Shown piece after piece: positions 55,089 to 56,385 of a stretch of 56,385 bases of DNA (within the stretch, counting starts at the first letter, position 1; each line of letters opens with the position of its first letter). Origin of the DNA: an uncultured archaeon (GTDB taxonomy: Archaea > Thermoproteota > Bathyarchaeia > Bathyarchaeales > DTEX01); contig CALKGV010000040.1 in the NCBI GenBank assembly GCA_938091805.1, forward strand, positions 1 to 56,385. The letters run 5' to 3'. The position numbers and the translations under genes are program-made. The notes under the pieces were generated by a model. That model made no database searches. It was not told where the DNA came from and was given only the letters and a program-made list of their open reading frames with translations.

Positions 55089-55790
55089 GGCTCTGTTACT
55101 TTAAGTGGGGGTTCTTCCTCGTTTAATCTTGGAGGTGATATGGTATTGTGATCTTTCGAGAGAGGACTCCCATCTGTATTGTTCTCTATGGTGTTTATTT
55201 GGTTTTTGAGGGTTTGAGTTTCAGGGCTGCTTCCAGGGCTTTAGAGGTTTTCACCCGTAGGCGCCATGTCTCGATATGGTGTTGGGTTCAGAAGCTTCCA
55301 CCCTTAAAGGGTCTCTTCCTGGCTAGGAGGGTTCGCTGTTTCCTTGTGGATGAGACCATGGTGAAGGTTAGAAGAATGGAAGGCTGGGTTTGGGTTGCAT
55401 ACGAGCCCTATCAGCGCAGATTTCTAGGACTATGGTTCAGCTGGCTCAGGAGCAGCATGACCGCCGAAGCCTTCCTAAGACAGATTATCAAGCGTTACGG
55501 CCGGCATCCAGTCTACACAGACGGGGCAGCATGGTGCCCTGAAGCGTGCAAGGCTCTAAACCTGGAGCATAGGCTCCTAAACGACGAGTATAGGAGCCTA
55601 ATCGAGAGGTCCATCCAAGCTGTTAAGGACAGAACTGAAGCCTTCGACGACAACCATCCATGCAGAAGGAGCGGATGCAACCTAAACCATGTCAAGAACC
55701 GGCTCAGGCTCTTCAACCTACACAAACAACCCGAATACCAGAAACTTATAACCCGACTAAAGGAGGCAATAAGCTTAAAGTAACAGCACC
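55089..55790 (+). mobile_element. IS6-family-like insertion sequence (~0.7 kb)
   Basis: 13-bp perfect terminal inverted repeat: CTGTTACTTTAAG (55093-55105) and CTTAAAGTAACAG (55774-55786). These bracket a single DDE transposase ORF, and the right repeat overlaps the stop codon. Hand-counted 60-nt samples inside are ~52-55% G+C, against ~25% in the 60 nt upstream. Exact ends and any target duplication are unresolved. Confidence 0.7.
55148..55783 (+). CDS. DDE transposase, IS6/IS240-like
   Basis: N-terminal HTH-like LSFRAASRALEV, and a D/D/E candidate triad in LVDETMVKV, PVYTDGAAW and SLIERSIQAVKDR. GTG start after GGAGGTGA. Confidence 0.7.
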   Translation: MIFRERTPICIVLYGVYLVFEGLSFRAASRALEVFTRRRHVSIWCWVQKLPPLKGLFLARRVRCFLVDETMVKVRRMEGWVWVAYEPYQRRFLGLWFSWLRSSMTAEAFLRQIIKRYGRHPVYTDGAAWCPEACKALNLEHRLLNDEYRSLIERSIQAVKDRTEAFDDNHPCRRSGCNLNHVKNRLRLFNLHKQPEYQKLITRLKEAISLK

Positions 55791-56061
55791 CATAAGGCCA
55801 GCCACAAAATTCTTAAATAAGAGGGAAAATATCTTCTATCTCCCGATCATTTTTATCCCATCACTTTAAGCCTAAATCCTCCATCACAAGGATGTAATTG
55901 GCATCTACACCTTTAAAGGCATAAAACGCCTTTTCCCCAGCATCTACATTACTACAATATTCTTTGCTTTGCGGCATAATTTCATTTATATATTGATGCT
56001 TTCAACTTTTTATAAGTGTTATTATTTGTCTTGGTGGTTTGCGTTGAACCCTTTTCCATTT

Positions 56062-56137
56062 TGGTGGATAGTGTTGGAAGGTCGGGAGTATTCCATTGGA
56101 ACCGTAAAACCCCTCGGGGTTAAGGTCCTATCCACCA
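56062..56137 (-). other. 76-nt structured element closed by a 10-bp stem, immediately 3' of cysS
   Basis: TGGTGGATAG (56062-56071) pairs with CTATCCACCA (56128-56137). Internal hairpins are AACCCC/GGGGTT (56108-56121) and TGGAA/TTCCA (56075-56095). The element begins 8 nt after the cysS stop on the minus strand. It does not fold as a canonical tRNA. Confidence 0.35.
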
Positions 56138-56144
56138 TGCTATA

Positions 56145-56385
56145 CTACTCCGGCCTCTTATATAGGGTTGTCGCCTGAGTCTTGAGAGGCTTAGTGGGCT
56201 TCTCTTCTAGTTTCATGGCGCAAATCTTCCATCTTGTTCCTTGGGGCGAATCTTCTATGGTAAAGCCTATTTTTTGCAGGCGTTCTCTGATTTCATCGGA
56301 TATTTTCCACTCTTTTCTCCTTCTCATTTCCTTTCTAACATCGATTATTAAGTTTATAAGTTCGTTTATGATGGCTGTTTTTTCA
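56145..56385 (-). CDS. cysS: cysteine--tRNA ligase, C-terminal fragment (gene runs off window)
   Basis: The frame is open to the window edge: EKTAIINELINLIIDVRKEMRRRKEWKISDEIRERLQKIGFTIEDSPQGTRWKI…. The W-x-x-SD-x-IR…G…EDxxxGTxW block is the typical CysRS C-terminus. About 25 extra residues follow it. Confidence 0.65.
   Translation of the reverse strand, partial: EKTAIINELINLIIDVRKEMRRRKEWKISDEIRERLQKIGFTIEDSPQGTRWKICAMKLEEKPTKPLKTQATTLYKRPE

Noticed and set aside
55861-55977. 38-aa minus-strand ORF (…GVDANYILVMEDLGLK) faintly reminiscent of the hinge of APH-type kinases.
   Set aside because: It is far too short to contain a kinase N-lobe, and no extension is found in neighbouring frames. 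At best it is an unprovable fragment.
56063-56136. A 74-nt segment with a 7-9 bp terminal stem looked tRNA-sized.
   Set aside because: Neither strand gives a D-arm or a T-arm adjacent to the acceptor stem, there is no GTTC-type T-loop, and U8/A14/G18G19 are absent. It is kept only as a generic structured element.
55969-56178. 69-aa plus-strand ORF in the IS-cysS spacer, and the 55660-55869 ORF overlapping the transposase.
   Set aside because: Aromatic-rich implausible composition and no start context. The second ORF is an alternative frame of the transposase running through the right IR.
1-56385. Search for CRISPR arrays, rRNA or tRNA genes, inteins in MCM, aIF5B or GlyRS, toxin-antitoxin pairs, and known defence-system gene sets.
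   Set aside because: No regularly spaced repeats were seen. No intergenic gap folds as a cloverleaf by eye. The large housekeeping proteins have normal lengths, and no characteristic defence gene combinations appear. A tRNAscan or covariance-model run would be needed for certainty.

Overview
Densely packed archaeal chromosomal window with about 70 protein genes. Many genes have GGAGG/GGTGA-type Shine-Dalgarno motifs, TTG/GTG starts are frequent, and several gene pairs overlap as ATGA/TAATG. Lineage cannot be fixed without a database search; the gene content fits a moderately AT-rich uncultured archaeon, possibly TACK/Bathyarchaeia-like.

Information-processing backbone: ABCE1, Elp3, GlyRS, tRNA-splicing endonuclease, S6e and aIF5B. 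A 15-gene minus-strand ribosomal block runs L22 to L18; it includes RNase P Rpp29 and a 56-aa zinc S14 that is absent from the ORF track. Also present are a Gins23-MCM-Hel308 run, L35Ae, AlaX, Fap7, Tmk and the 3' end of CysRS.

Metabolism: a complete LysW-carrier cluster (lysW-X-Y-Z-J-K) with a divergent Lrp regulator, fused ADP-forming acetyl-CoA synthetase plus a stand-alone Pta-N/DRTGG protein, adenine deaminase, and an ABC-2 exporter.

Accessory or unusual content:
- a sugar cluster built around an ADP-ribosylglycohydrolase-fold protein
- a transglutaminase / macro / PfkB / Cys-rich / PLD-nuclease islet
- a surface protein with three tandem ~100-aa repeats
- a rhomboid protease fused to an Hsp20-like domain, appended to the lys operon
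- a zinc-ribbon gene trio
- a MoaD/SAMP-like protein with residues after its GG
- a GC-rich ~0.7-kb IS6-like element

I saw no rRNA, tRNA or CRISPR array, but this was only an eye scan of the intergenic gaps. No candidate is a clear-cut novel system. The best leads are the ARH-centred sugar cluster (4215-9745), the rhomboid-Hsp20 fusion with the downstream zinc-ribbon module (52187-54421), and the extended MoaD-like protein (31360-31656). Two conserved genes (ABCE1, LysJ) lack a canonical start codon at their conserved N-termini.
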